From contig JAKLKD010000013.1 of assembly GCA_023150845.1 (NCBI GenBank), positions 3,896 through 67,895 on the forward strand: a stretch of DNA of 64,000 bases, given 5' to 3'. A program made the translations under genes and the position numbers. How positions within the stretch are numbered: the first letter of the stretch is position 1; each line of letters starts with the position of its first letter. Positions 26,501 to 37,219 of the stretch are shown in pieces. Source of the stretch: Myxococcota bacterium. Its GTDB lineage: Bacteria > Myxococcota_A > UBA796 > CAJQPC01. The notes beneath the pieces are model-generated. The model saw only the letters and a list, made by a program, of their open reading frames with translations. It ran no database searches and was not told the DNA's origin.

Positions 26501-27502
26501 TCAGATGTGCGGGACCTGGCAAGGCCGGGCCGGGGCCGCCCCGGTGAGCAGGTCGGCCAAGGACTCGACGATGGGCAGCCCGGCGTGGTTCATCCAGGCC
26601 CACTCCCCGGCGGGGTTGACCTCCAAGAACCACAGGCGGCCCTCCTCGTCCTCCAGGATGTCGGCGGCGCCGTAGTTGAGCCCGAGGCGGTCCATGAGCC
26701 GCAGCATCGCCTGGCAGACGGGCTCGGGCAGGCTCGCCTGCTTCCAGGCGTGGACCACGCCCTTGTCGCGCAGGCTCGCGAGGCGCCAGTCGGTGCCGTA
26801 GTCCCCGGCGCTGTAGTCCAAGGCGCCGACCATCACCCGCTCGCCGACGATGGTGATCCGGTACTCCCGGCGGGTGCGCACCCGGGGCTGGAAGATCATC
26901 GGGCAGGCGGTGAGGCCGTCTAAGGCGTCGAGGTCCTCCTCCTTCACCACGGAGGTGTGCACGGCGCCGGTGCCGGCCTCCATCTGGAGGGAGAAGGCGT
27001 GCTCCATCTTGGTGATGACCTCGCCCTTGTGCTCGTGGAAGAAGGCCCGGGCGGACTCGGGGTCGTTCGTCACGAGCGTCGGCAGCACGTCGAGGCCCAC
27101 CTGGGCGGCGATGCCGAGCTGCAGGGCCTTGTCGCCGACGAGGCGGATGTGGTGGGGCCGGTCCACGACGAGGCCGGCGTGGGCGCTGGCGAGGCCGCGC
27201 AGGGTCACCCGGGACTCCTCCACCGCCGCGGCGTGGGCGTCTTGGCCCATCGAAGGATCGATCTTGGAGGAGAGGTTCACCCGGCGCCACCAGATGGACG
27301 CGCTGGCGTCGAGGGGCACCCACACGCCGTCCACCTGGATCGCGGCGCTGAGCTCGGCCCCCCGCTGGGCGCGGCGCACCATCGGCGCGTTGGGGAAGAG
27401 GTCGGTGTCGAGGCGGATCAGCCGGTGGCCCCGGCGCTTCACGGCCTCGGCGACCCAGGCCGCGCTGGGCTCTTGGGTGTGGGTGACGGCGAGCACGTCC
27501 AT
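26501..27502 (-). CDS. microviridin-type (MdnB/MdnC, MvdC/MvdD family) ATP-grasp ligase, remote copy
   Basis: The blocks RLDTDLFP, SIWWRR, GDKALQLGIAAQVGLDVLPTLVTNDPE, VITKM, CPMIFQ, EYRITIVGERV, DWR, GLNYGAADI and WFLEVNPAGEW follow the graspetide-ligase pattern. Confidence 0.8.
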   Translation of the reverse strand: MDVLAVTHTQEPSAAWVAEAVKRRGHRLIRLDTDLFPNAPMVRRAQRGAELSAAIQVDGVWVPLDASASIWWRRVNLSSKIDPSMGQDAHAAAVEESRVTLRGLASAHAGLVVDRPHHIRLVGDKALQLGIAAQVGLDVLPTLVTNDPESARAFFHEHKGEVITKMEHAFSLQMEAGTGAVHTSVVKEEDLDALDGLTACPMIFQPRVRTRREYRITIVGERVMVGALDYSAGDYGTDWRLASLRDKGVVHAWKQASLPEPVCQAMLRLMDRLGLNYGAADILEDEEGRLWFLEVNPAGEWAWMNHAGLPIVESLADLLTGAAPARPCQVPHI

Positions 27503-27588
27503 GGGGGCCTCCGGCGACGGACCTTCGCGGGTGGCTATCCCTACGGGCGCCCCCTGGCCAGGGCCAGGAAGGGTTGAAGGAGGGCCGC

Positions 27589-29028
27589 TTACTCGACCTC
27601 CAGCTCCAGGAGGTTGAGGTAAGCGAAGTCGCCCTGGGCGCGGTCTACGTCGAGGTGCAGGCGGCCATAGGCGTCGGGCAGAAGCCCGGTGAACACCACG
27701 AGCGTGCCGTCGTTGCCGTCATAGCCGTCGGCGCCGATGTCGGGGCCGGTGGTGGTGACCTCGGCGGACACGGGGGCCTCGCCGCCCTCGACGGTGAAGC
27801 GGGTGATGCGGGTCTGCTCGTCGGTGGCGCGGCTGGCGAAGAGGCGCAGGGTGTGGCGGGCGTCGGGGGAGAGGCCGCTGAGCATGATCCCGCCGGGGTC
27901 GTCGGGGTCGCCGGTGTAGAAGAAGTCGGCGGTGGCCTCCCAGACGGCCAAGGTGCCGAGCTTGTCGCCGGAGGGGCTCGTGAGGCCGCCGTTGCGCAGG
28001 CCGTTGGCGCGGAAGCCGCCGGAGAGCACGAGGTCCACCTCCGTGGCCGCCCCGGTGGTGGTGACGAGGCCGCGCAGGGCCTCCCCGGCGAGGGCCTGCG
28101 CGCCGCCTTGCAGGCTGTGCCAGGTGTTCCAGCGGATGCCGAAGCCGTCTAGGGCGGGGGCCTGGGCGCCGTCCTCGGGGTTGGAGGGGCCGAGGTCCAC
28201 CCGCAGGTAGCTGCCTGAAGGCGGGCCTACGGGGGCGGCGAGGGTGAAGTCGGGCATGTTGGCGCGAACGGTCGCGATCACCGCGGCGTCCCAGAGCGCG
28301 TAGCCCGCGGCGTTGAGGTGCAGGCCGTCCACGAAGTAGGCCTCGTCGGGCGGGCTGCCCGTGGCCAAGAGCGCGCTCACCGTGTCGATGTAGACGATGG
28401 AGGGGTGCTGGGCGGCGAGGCTCTGGACGGCCTGGTTCACGGCGTCTTGATCGGCCCAGATCGACCAGCGCGACGGCGTCGGCGTGATGCCCGCGAAGAA
28501 GAGCTTGGTGCCGGGCTGGGCGTCGTGGAGCTGCTGGGCGACGCAGCGCACGTTGTCCACCACGGACTGCACGCTGCGGCCGTCGGCGATGTCGTTCGTC
28601 CCGGCGAACATGAGCACCGCTGAAGGCGCGTGGCGCAAGGCCAAGGCGGGGAGGTGTTTGGCGATGTCCGCCGAGCGCGCCCCGCCCACGCCGCGCTGTA
28701 AGGGCGCGTAGCCCCCCAAGGTCCGCTGGGCCGTGCGCCAGCGGCGGATCGTCGAGGAGCCCACGAGCACCAGCCCACCCTTGGGCGGCGGCGCGGCGTC
28801 GTCCTGGGCGGTCCACACGGCGATCTGGGCGGCGAAGGGGTCGTCGCCGACGTCCACGAGCGCGCAGGGGTCATCCGTCCAGGGCAGGTCGGGCACGCCG
28901 CTGTCGGCGCTGTCGTCGGGGCGGGACTCTCTGGGGGCGCTGTCCTCGGCGCGGCTCTCCGCGGGGGTGTCTTCGCCGGGGGCTTTGTCGCCTCCAGCGC
29001 AGGACAGGAGCGTGAGGGTGAGGATCAT
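27589..29028 (-). CDS. SGNH/GDSL-family hydrolase lipoprotein with a C-terminal beta-sandwich-like domain
   Basis: The lipobox is LTLLSC. The SGNH blocks are LVGSST, GTND and DGLHLN. The ATG at 29028 overlaps the upstream stop (ATGA). The 700-aa ORF in the track has an Arg/Pro-rich, wrong-frame-looking N-terminal extension. Confidence 0.7.
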   Translation of the reverse strand: MILTLTLLSCAGGDKAPGEDTPAESRAEDSAPRESRPDDSADSGVPDLPWTDDPCALVDVGDDPFAAQIAVWTAQDDAAPPPKGGLVLVGSSTIRRWRTAQRTLGGYAPLQRGVGGARSADIAKHLPALALRHAPSAVLMFAGTNDIADGRSVQSVVDNVRCVAQQLHDAQPGTKLFFAGITPTPSRWSIWADQDAVNQAVQSLAAQHPSIVYIDTVSALLATGSPPDEAYFVDGLHLNAAGYALWDAAVIATVRANMPDFTLAAPVGPPSGSYLRVDLGPSNPEDGAQAPALDGFGIRWNTWHSLQGGAQALAGEALRGLVTTTGAATEVDLVLSGGFRANGLRNGGLTSPSGDKLGTLAVWEATADFFYTGDPDDPGGIMLSGLSPDARHTLRLFASRATDEQTRITRFTVEGGEAPVSAEVTTTGPDIGADGYDGNDGTLVVFTGLLPDAYGRLHLDVDRAQGDFAYLNLLELEVE

Positions 29029-31151
29029 CGGGCCTCCGGTGGCGTCGCATAACGCGCCGCCGCGCGGTCGAGGGTGTCCGAGAGCGCGGCCTGGGCCCCT
29101 CGGATGAGCGCGACGGCGCCGATCACGAGGGCGAAGGCCAGGGGGTCCGGGGAGATGGTGAAGCGCCGCAGGGCCCCGCCGAGGGCCAAGAACAAGGCGA
29201 CGTAGGGCAAGAGGCCGAGCCAGGAGCCCAAGAGCATCCCCGAGAGCGGCGCCCCGGCCGCGCCGCCGACGACGCCGACTAGGGCGAAGGGGGCCACGGG
29301 CAAGATGCGTAAGGAGAAGAACGCGACCCGCCCGCGGCGCAGGATGGCGTGCACGATGGGGTTCACGGCGCTGCCGACGAGGCGCTGCACCCGGCGGCGG
29401 CCCAAGGCGTAACCCGCCGCCCAGGTCCAGATCATCGCCAGGGTGAGGCTCACCGCGGCCAAGGCGCCGCCGCCGCGCGCGCCGAGCTCGACGGCGCAGA
29501 GGGTGACCACGAGGGCCACGGGCACACCGACGCTCAGGGCGAGGCCCGCGGCCAAGGCGAGGGTGAGCCAGCCGTCCCAGGTGACGGCGACGGCCTCGAC
29601 GGTGGCCCCGGCGAGGCGGAGGGTGTCGTCGGGGCGCACGACCCCGGCGCGCCACAGCCCGAAGGCGACGCTCAGGGCGAGCACCGACCACAGGCCTTGG
29701 GGGAGCCGGGCGGTGAGGCGCTCCCGGGCGCCACGCCCCAGGACGGCCTCGATCAAGGCGGGGAGCTGGAAGGGCTCCGGCGGGTCGTAGAGCAGCTCGG
29801 CCTCTTCAGCGAAGCTGCCCCGCAGCACGTCGGGGGCGACGCCGAAGGGGACGAGGGTGCGGTCCCCGCCGACGAGGGCGTCGACGGCGCGCAGCATCGA
29901 GCCCAGGCGGCCCTCGGCCTCCTCAAGCTGGGCCTCAGGCACGTTGAGGTGCTCGGCGATGAGCCGCCGCCGCAGGGCCGTGGCCAAGGTGCGGTCCTCA
30001 GGCCGGGTGAGCTCCAGGCAGAGATCGGCCTCGGTGTCGGCGCTCAGGCTGCGGGCGGCGAGGTTCGCCGATCCCACACGGACAAAGCGGTCATCGACGA
30101 TCATCACCTTGCTGTGTACGTAGAGCGCGACGCCCCGGGCGCGGGAGACGACAGGCCACATCAGGCGCAGGCGGCCGTGGCGGTCGGCGCGGCGGAGGCC
30201 GTCAAACAGGCGCCAGCGGGCGAGGCCGACGGTGACCCCGGCGAGAGGGCCCCGGGGGTGCTCCGGGCCGACGATGAGCAGCTCCGGCCCGGTGCCCTCC
30301 TTGAGGCGGCGCTCTAGCTCCTTCGCGAGCCCCCGGGCGGTGAGGTACTGGTTCTCGATGTACAGACGGCGCTCGGCGGCGTGGATGAGGTCCACAAAGA
30401 GCGCCTGGGCCTGGCGCCGGGGCGGGTCGGACCTGGGGTCGGTCAAGGTGACGCCGACGCGCACGTCGGCCCACTCCACGCCGTCGCCGTCCGGCCAGAG
30501 CGGCGCCCGTGGGCTGGGCGGGGTCACGGCCTCCCCCGTCGCGCGCCACCAGCGCTCCCGGGCGAGCTGGCCCAAGGCGGCGGCGGCCTCGCCGTCCACC
30601 ATCATCATGACGTCGTGAAAGGGAGGCATCGGCCCGCCCCGGGCGTTGACCCGGCGGCTGTCGACGACGCGGTGCGCGGGGGTGTCGAAGCGCCCGGCGG
30701 CGAGGTCGATGCCGCCGCAGAAGGCCAAGGTGTCGTCGATGATGACGAGCTTCTGGTGGTGGCTGCCGCCGAGGGGGGTGTGGCCGTCGTAGACCACCCG
30801 CAGGCGCCCGGCGAGGCGGGGATCGTCCAAGGCCAGCGCGCCGCCTTGGCCCCAGGCCATCGTGCGGGCCTTGTCCCAGGCCAAGACGCAGATGCGCAGG
30901 CGCGGCTGCAGCTCCAGCACCCGGGCGAAGAGGTCCACGACCCGCACCGGCCCGGCGGCGTCAAAGGTGATCGGCGCGTCGGGGTCGAGGGCCCAAGCCG
31001 TGACGAGGAGCTGCTCCTCGGCGGCGGCGGCGGCCCGGGCCAAGGTCTGAAAGTAGGCCTCCCCGTCGATGATCACCCGCGCCCGCACGCCCTCGGCGAC
31101 CCGCTCGACGTTTATGCCAGGGCGAAAGAGGCTCATCGCGCCAAGGTTCAC
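29025..31151 (-). CDS. phospholipase D-family protein (two HKD motifs) fused to a C-terminal VTT/DedA-like membrane domain
   Basis: The HKD motifs are HHQKLVIIDD...GGIDL and VHSKVMIVDD...GSANL. The last ~230 aa are polytopic and hydrophobic (...RILPVAPFALVGVVGGAAG...). The start is GTG at 31151 or ATG at 31136. Confidence 0.75.
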   Translation of the reverse strand: MNLGAMSLFRPGINVERVAEGVRARVIIDGEAYFQTLARAAAAAEEQLLVTAWALDPDAPITFDAAGPVRVVDLFARVLELQPRLRICVLAWDKARTMAWGQGGALALDDPRLAGRLRVVYDGHTPLGGSHHQKLVIIDDTLAFCGGIDLAAGRFDTPAHRVVDSRRVNARGGPMPPFHDVMMMVDGEAAAALGQLARERWWRATGEAVTPPSPRAPLWPDGDGVEWADVRVGVTLTDPRSDPPRRQAQALFVDLIHAAERRLYIENQYLTARGLAKELERRLKEGTGPELLIVGPEHPRGPLAGVTVGLARWRLFDGLRRADRHGRLRLMWPVVSRARGVALYVHSKVMIVDDRFVRVGSANLAARSLSADTEADLCLELTRPEDRTLATALRRRLIAEHLNVPEAQLEEAEGRLGSMLRAVDALVGGDRTLVPFGVAPDVLRGSFAEEAELLYDPPEPFQLPALIEAVLGRGARERLTARLPQGLWSVLALSVAFGLWRAGVVRPDDTLRLAGATVEAVAVTWDGWLTLALAAGLALSVGVPVALVVTLCAVELGARGGGALAAVSLTLAMIWTWAAGYALGRRRVQRLVGSAVNPIVHAILRRGRVAFFSLRILPVAPFALVGVVGGAAGAPLSGMLLGSWLGLLPYVALFLALGGALRRFTISPDPLAFALVIGAVALIRGAQAALSDTLDRAAARYATPPEAR

Positions 31152-31203
31152 ACCTCAGGGGGCGCGGGGAAGGGGGTGGGCGCCGGAGACGCCCCCTCGG
31201 GGC

Positions 31204-31869
31204 TCACCCCCGCGCCGGGCTCCACTGGACCTCACGCAAGAAGTTGCCGGTGAGGTACTCACGCTCGATGACCTGGGCCATCTCTTGAACGTCGCGGAAG
31301 GAGTCCCAGTCCACGCGGATCACGGGGATGGTGCGGCTGATCTCGCCGATGAAGCGCTCGTACTCGGCGTGCAGGGCGGTGAGGTACTCCAAGGTGAGGC
31401 CGCTCTCGACCTCACGGTTCCGCATGCGCACCCGCTCCATGGAGCGCTCGGGCTTCACGTCGAGGTAGATGATCACGTTGGGGCGGCACATGAAGTTCGA
31501 CATGTGCCGGAAGAGCTGGAGGTAGGTGCGGTAGTCCCGGGCGTCCATGAGCCCGGACTCGCTGAGCATCTTCGCGAAGACCGCGTCCTCGTAGATGGTG
31601 CGGTCCTGCACGCCGCCGCCGCCGCGCCAGATGATCTCTTGGTGCTGGGCGAAGCGCCGGTTGAGCAGGTAGATCTGCGTCGCGAAGGAGTAACGGGCGG
31701 TGTCGCGGTAGAAGTCGGCGAGGTACTCGTTGTCGGCGACGGGCTCGTAGTAGACCGGCAGGCCGAGGTGCTCACCGAGCGCCGTGGCGAGGGTGGACTT
31801 GCCGGCGCCGATGAGCCCGGCGATGCCGATGAAGAGCTCGGAGAGGCGCGTCTCGGAGGGGGTGCGCAT
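31204..31869 (-). CDS. deoxynucleoside kinase
   Basis: The translation is IGIAGLIGAGKSTLATALGEHLGLPVYYEPV.DNEYL.DFY.D..RYSF..QIYLLNRRF...DRTIYED, the dNK family pattern. Confidence 0.8.
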   Translation of the reverse strand: MRTPSETRLSELFIGIAGLIGAGKSTLATALGEHLGLPVYYEPVADNEYLADFYRDTARYSFATQIYLLNRRFAQHQEIIWRGGGGVQDRTIYEDAVFAKMLSESGLMDARDYRTYLQLFRHMSNFMCRPNVIIYLDVKPERSMERVRMRNREVESGLTLEYLTALHAEYERFIGEISRTIPVIRVDWDSFRDVQEMAQVIEREYLTGNFLREVQWSPARG

Positions 31870-31959
31870 GAGGCGTTCGTCCAGGCGAGGATGGGGTTCA
31901 GCGAGAGGTCAGAGACGTAACCTGCGAGCGCCGCGCGGGCGCACAAGGTAGAAGAGGCC

Positions 31960-32643
31960 ATGCGCACGGACCTCTCGCCCTTTCCCGTCGATCCCGCGGT
32001 CCTCGCCGCGATCCGCCCGATGCAGAACCGCGACGCCGAGCCCGTCGCCGCGCTCCACGAGGCCGCCATGGGCAGCTCGCTCTGGGCGCAGCTCGGCCGG
32101 CGCTTCTTGGTCGAGCTCTACCGCGGCCTCGTGGACAGCCCCTACTTCTTGGGCTTCGTGTACGAGGAGGACGGCGTGGTCAAGGGCTTCATCGCCGGGT
32201 CCATCGACGCCGAGGCCATGATGAGCACGCTCCTGCGCTCCCGGGCCCTCGTCATGGGCGCGGCGGCGGCGGCGGGCGTGGTCAAGCGCCCCCAGGTGCT
32301 CGGGCGGCTCTCCCAGACGCTCCGCTACTTTAAGGTGAGCGACGCCGGCCAAGACCCGGTCCCGGCGGAGTCGTTGTTCTGCTCCTTCGCGCCGGAGCTG
32401 CGCGGCAAGCGGGTGTCGGGCCACATCAACAAGGTGCTCTTTGACGACCTCCTCGCCCGGGGCCACGACCGCGTGAAGATCACCACCGAGGTCGACAACG
32501 AGGGCGCCAACCGCCAGCTCCGCTCCTGGGGCTTTGAGCCGCAGGGTGAGTTCACGTTTTATGGCAAGAAGATGGTGCGCTACGTGCTCGACCTGCGGGA
32601 CCACCCCCGCGTGCAGCCCGTGAGCCGTCACCCCTTGGTATGA
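31960..32643 (+). CDS. GNAT-family N-acetyltransferase
   Basis: The 227-aa product has an acetyl-CoA-binding-like segment (LRGKRVSGHINKVLFDDLLARGHDRVKITTEVDNEGANRQLRSWGF). Confidence 0.6.
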   Translation: MRTDLSPFPVDPAVLAAIRPMQNRDAEPVAALHEAAMGSSLWAQLGRRFLVELYRGLVDSPYFLGFVYEEDGVVKGFIAGSIDAEAMMSTLLRSRALVMGAAAAAGVVKRPQVLGRLSQTLRYFKVSDAGQDPVPAESLFCSFAPELRGKRVSGHINKVLFDDLLARGHDRVKITTEVDNEGANRQLRSWGFEPQGEFTFYGKKMVRYVLDLRDHPRVQPVSRHPLV

Positions 32644-32646
32644 GCC

Positions 32647-35058
<2,412 letters not shown>

Positions 35059-35143
35059 CAGCTCGTCACAGCCGCGTGAGCCGGGGCCGCCGGGGCCCTA
35101 AGGGGTCGGCAGGGTCGATGCCTGACCCTCCCTGGAGGCTCCA

Positions 35144-35623
35144 ATGCTCACGCTCCTCATCGCCGCGTCCCTCGCCCTCACCCCCGTCGCCTCGGCGGGG
35201 GGCAAGGGCGGCCACAAAGGCGGCGCCAAGGGCTGCGACACCGACGCGCTCTTGGACGACTACCTCGACCTGTTCAACGATCGCCAGGCTGACTGGACCC
35301 ACGTCCTGCACCCCGACTACGCCGTCGAGAGCCCCTATGGCGCCTATGACCTCGCGGGCTGGCAGGCGCTCACCGCCGGGGCCTGGACGGCGATGCCCGA
35401 CGTTCAGTGGGCGTCGGAGCGGGTGGTCGTCGATGGCGATAAGATCGCGCTGGAGTACAGCTTCACCGGCACCTTTCAGCAGGACTTCATGGGCTACGTC
35501 GCGAAGGGGCAGGCCATCGTGGGCCGGGGCATGGAGCTGCACGAGCTCGACCTCAGCGAGTGCCGCATCACCCGCACCTGGAACTACTCCGACGCCTTCG
35601 GCTTCTTCGCGCAGCTCCAGTGA
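35144..35623 (+). CDS. secreted SnoaL-like / ester-cyclase family protein
   Basis: It has a signal peptide (MLTLLIAASLALTPVASA) and an NTF2-like fold pattern (...VVVDGDKIALEYSFTGT......G..I...GMEL.ELD...I.R.WNYSD). Confidence 0.55.
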   Translation: MLTLLIAASLALTPVASAGGKGGHKGGAKGCDTDALLDDYLDLFNDRQADWTHVLHPDYAVESPYGAYDLAGWQALTAGAWTAMPDVQWASERVVVDGDKIALEYSFTGTFQQDFMGYVAKGQAIVGRGMELHELDLSECRITRTWNYSDAFGFFAQLQ

Positions 35624-35659
35624 GCCGCTGACCCTCCGCGCTGAGGTAAACTCCCCCCG

Positions 35660-36766
35660 ATGACCTCCGCCCCGCTGCTGCGCCTGGCGACAGGCACCGC
35701 GAACCTCGTGCGCCACAGCTTCGTGCGCGCCGAGGGCGGGACGGTTCACCTCACCACCCAAGAGGCGCGGCTCCTGGCGTACCTCGGCGCGCGGCCCGGC
35801 GAAGACATCGACCGCGACCGCCTGCTCGTCGAGGTCTGGGGGCACCACCGCGCCAGCCTCTCTCGGGCCGTCGACGCCACGGTGCGGCGGCTGCGGCGCA
35901 AGATCGAGCTCGACCCCGCCGCGCCGCGCATCCTGCTCACGGTTCACGGCGCGGGGTATCGCCTCGTGCCGGACGCCCAGGTGGACGAGGCCGCCCTCGC
36001 CGAGGCCGCGGCCCCCGCCCGGCCCCGGCTGACCCTTGGATCACGCACGGTGGACCTCGCCACGGGCGCGCTCGACGACGGCGCCCAGCTCACGGCGAAG
36101 GAGCGTCTGGTGTTGGAGCGGCTCTTGCGGGCCGAGGGGGGCTGGGTGAGCGCCGAGCGCCTCGGCGTGGCCGTGGGCCTCCGCCAGCGCCCGGGCGCGC
36201 TGCACAACCTCATCTACCGGCTGCGCCTGAAGCTTGAGCCCGACCCCGCGCGCCCCCAGCTCTTGGAGTCCAAGCGCGCGCTGGGCTATCGCCTCACCGC
36301 CCGGCCGCCGCCGAGCCCGCCCGGCGCCCACGTCGAGGCCTTGGGCTCTGTGGCGCGTCACCTCGGCCTCGCCGGGGGCGTGAGCGACTGTGTGGTGTAC
36401 CTGCGCGACGGCGACTCCCTCATGCAGGTGGCGGCGTTTGGCCCCAAGCTCGGCCCCGACGGCGCCGTGCGCGCGCCGCTGCGCCAGCGGATGGGCGAGG
36501 GCCTCGTCGGCGTCGCCGCGGCCACGGGCCGCCCGGTGCGGGTGGCCGACGTTCAAGAAGACCCCCGTTACCTTCCAGACCTCACCCCCGCCCGCTCCGA
36601 GCTCGCCGTGCCCATCTGCGCGTTCGGGCGGGTGGTCGGGGTCATCGACAGCGAGGACCCCACGCCGGGCCACCACGGCCCGCGCCACGAGGCCGTCTTC
36701 GTCTCCTTGGCCGCTATCGCGGCCGCCGCGTTCCCCGCGCCAACCGCGTCCCGAGGAAGCCCATGA
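35660..36766 (+). CDS. transcriptional regulator: two tandem OmpR/PhoB-type winged-helix domains plus a C-terminal GAF domain, with no receiver domain
   Basis: wHTH 1 reads LTTQEARLLAYL...RAVDATVRRLRRKIE...TVHGAGYRL. wHTH 2 reads LTAKERLVLERLL...LHNLIYRLRLKLE...SKRALGYRL. The GAF-like part reads GEGLVGVAAATGRPVRVADVQEDPRY...ELAVPI...GRVVGVIDSE. Confidence 0.65.
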   Translation: MTSAPLLRLATGTANLVRHSFVRAEGGTVHLTTQEARLLAYLGARPGEDIDRDRLLVEVWGHHRASLSRAVDATVRRLRRKIELDPAAPRILLTVHGAGYRLVPDAQVDEAALAEAAAPARPRLTLGSRTVDLATGALDDGAQLTAKERLVLERLLRAEGGWVSAERLGVAVGLRQRPGALHNLIYRLRLKLEPDPARPQLLESKRALGYRLTARPPPSPPGAHVEALGSVARHLGLAGGVSDCVVYLRDGDSLMQVAAFGPKLGPDGAVRAPLRQRMGEGLVGVAAATGRPVRVADVQEDPRYLPDLTPARSELAVPICAFGRVVGVIDSEDPTPGHHGPRHEAVFVSLAAIAAAAFPAPTASRGSP

Positions 36767-37194
36767 GCGATCCCGTCGCCGAGGCCCGCCGCCTCGCCCA
36801 GACCTATGTGGAGCTGCTCAACGAGCGCCGCCTGCCGGAGCTCGGCGCCGTGCTCGCCCCGACCCTCGTGAGCCACCTGCGCGTGGGCGACATCGTCGGC
36901 GTCGAGGCCTTCCGAGGCGTGATGCAGATGGCCTATGAGGCCTTCCCCGGCGTGGTATGGGTGATCGACGAGCTCATCGCGACCCCCGACCGCGCCGTGG
37001 TTCGTTACCACTTCGACGCCGTGCAGCGCGGCCCCTTCTTGGGCATCCCCGCGAGCCACCGCATGGTGCACTTGGAGGGCGTCGAGCTCCTGCACATCGC
37101 GGACGGCAAGATCCACACCATCTGGAACTACGCCGACATCATGGGCCTCGCCGCCCAGCTCGGCGCCGAGGCGCCTTTGGCGGTGGAGATCTGA
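36763..37194 (+). CDS. SnoaL-like / ester-cyclase family protein
   Basis: The ATGA start overlaps the regulator's stop. The pattern is ...AFPGVVWVIDELIATPDRAVVRYHFDAVQRGPFLGIPASHRMVHLEGVELLHIADGKIHTIWNYAD. Confidence 0.6.
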   Translation: MSDPVAEARRLAQTYVELLNERRLPELGAVLAPTLVSHLRVGDIVGVEAFRGVMQMAYEAFPGVVWVIDELIATPDRAVVRYHFDAVQRGPFLGIPASHRMVHLEGVELLHIADGKIHTIWNYADIMGLAAQLGAEAPLAVEI

Positions 37195-37219
37195 GGGGGC
37201 TCAGGCTCGTCCGCCCGGC

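Noticed and set aside
27589-29691. The 700-aa ORF in the track suggests a much longer SGNH protein.
   Set aside because: The first ~220 aa are Arg/Pro/Gly-rich and overlap the PLD-VTT gene in another frame. A lipoprotein signal with a GGAGG RBS starts at 29028, so I used the shorter gene.
31960-32643. The GNAT acetyltransferase could be the MdnD-like N-acetyltransferase of the microviridin pathway.
   Set aside because: It lies ~4.5 kb from one ligase and ~10 kb from the other and is co-oriented with a P-type ATPase instead. GNATs are ubiquitous and there is no sequence-specific evidence. It can only be tested experimentally or by phylogeny.
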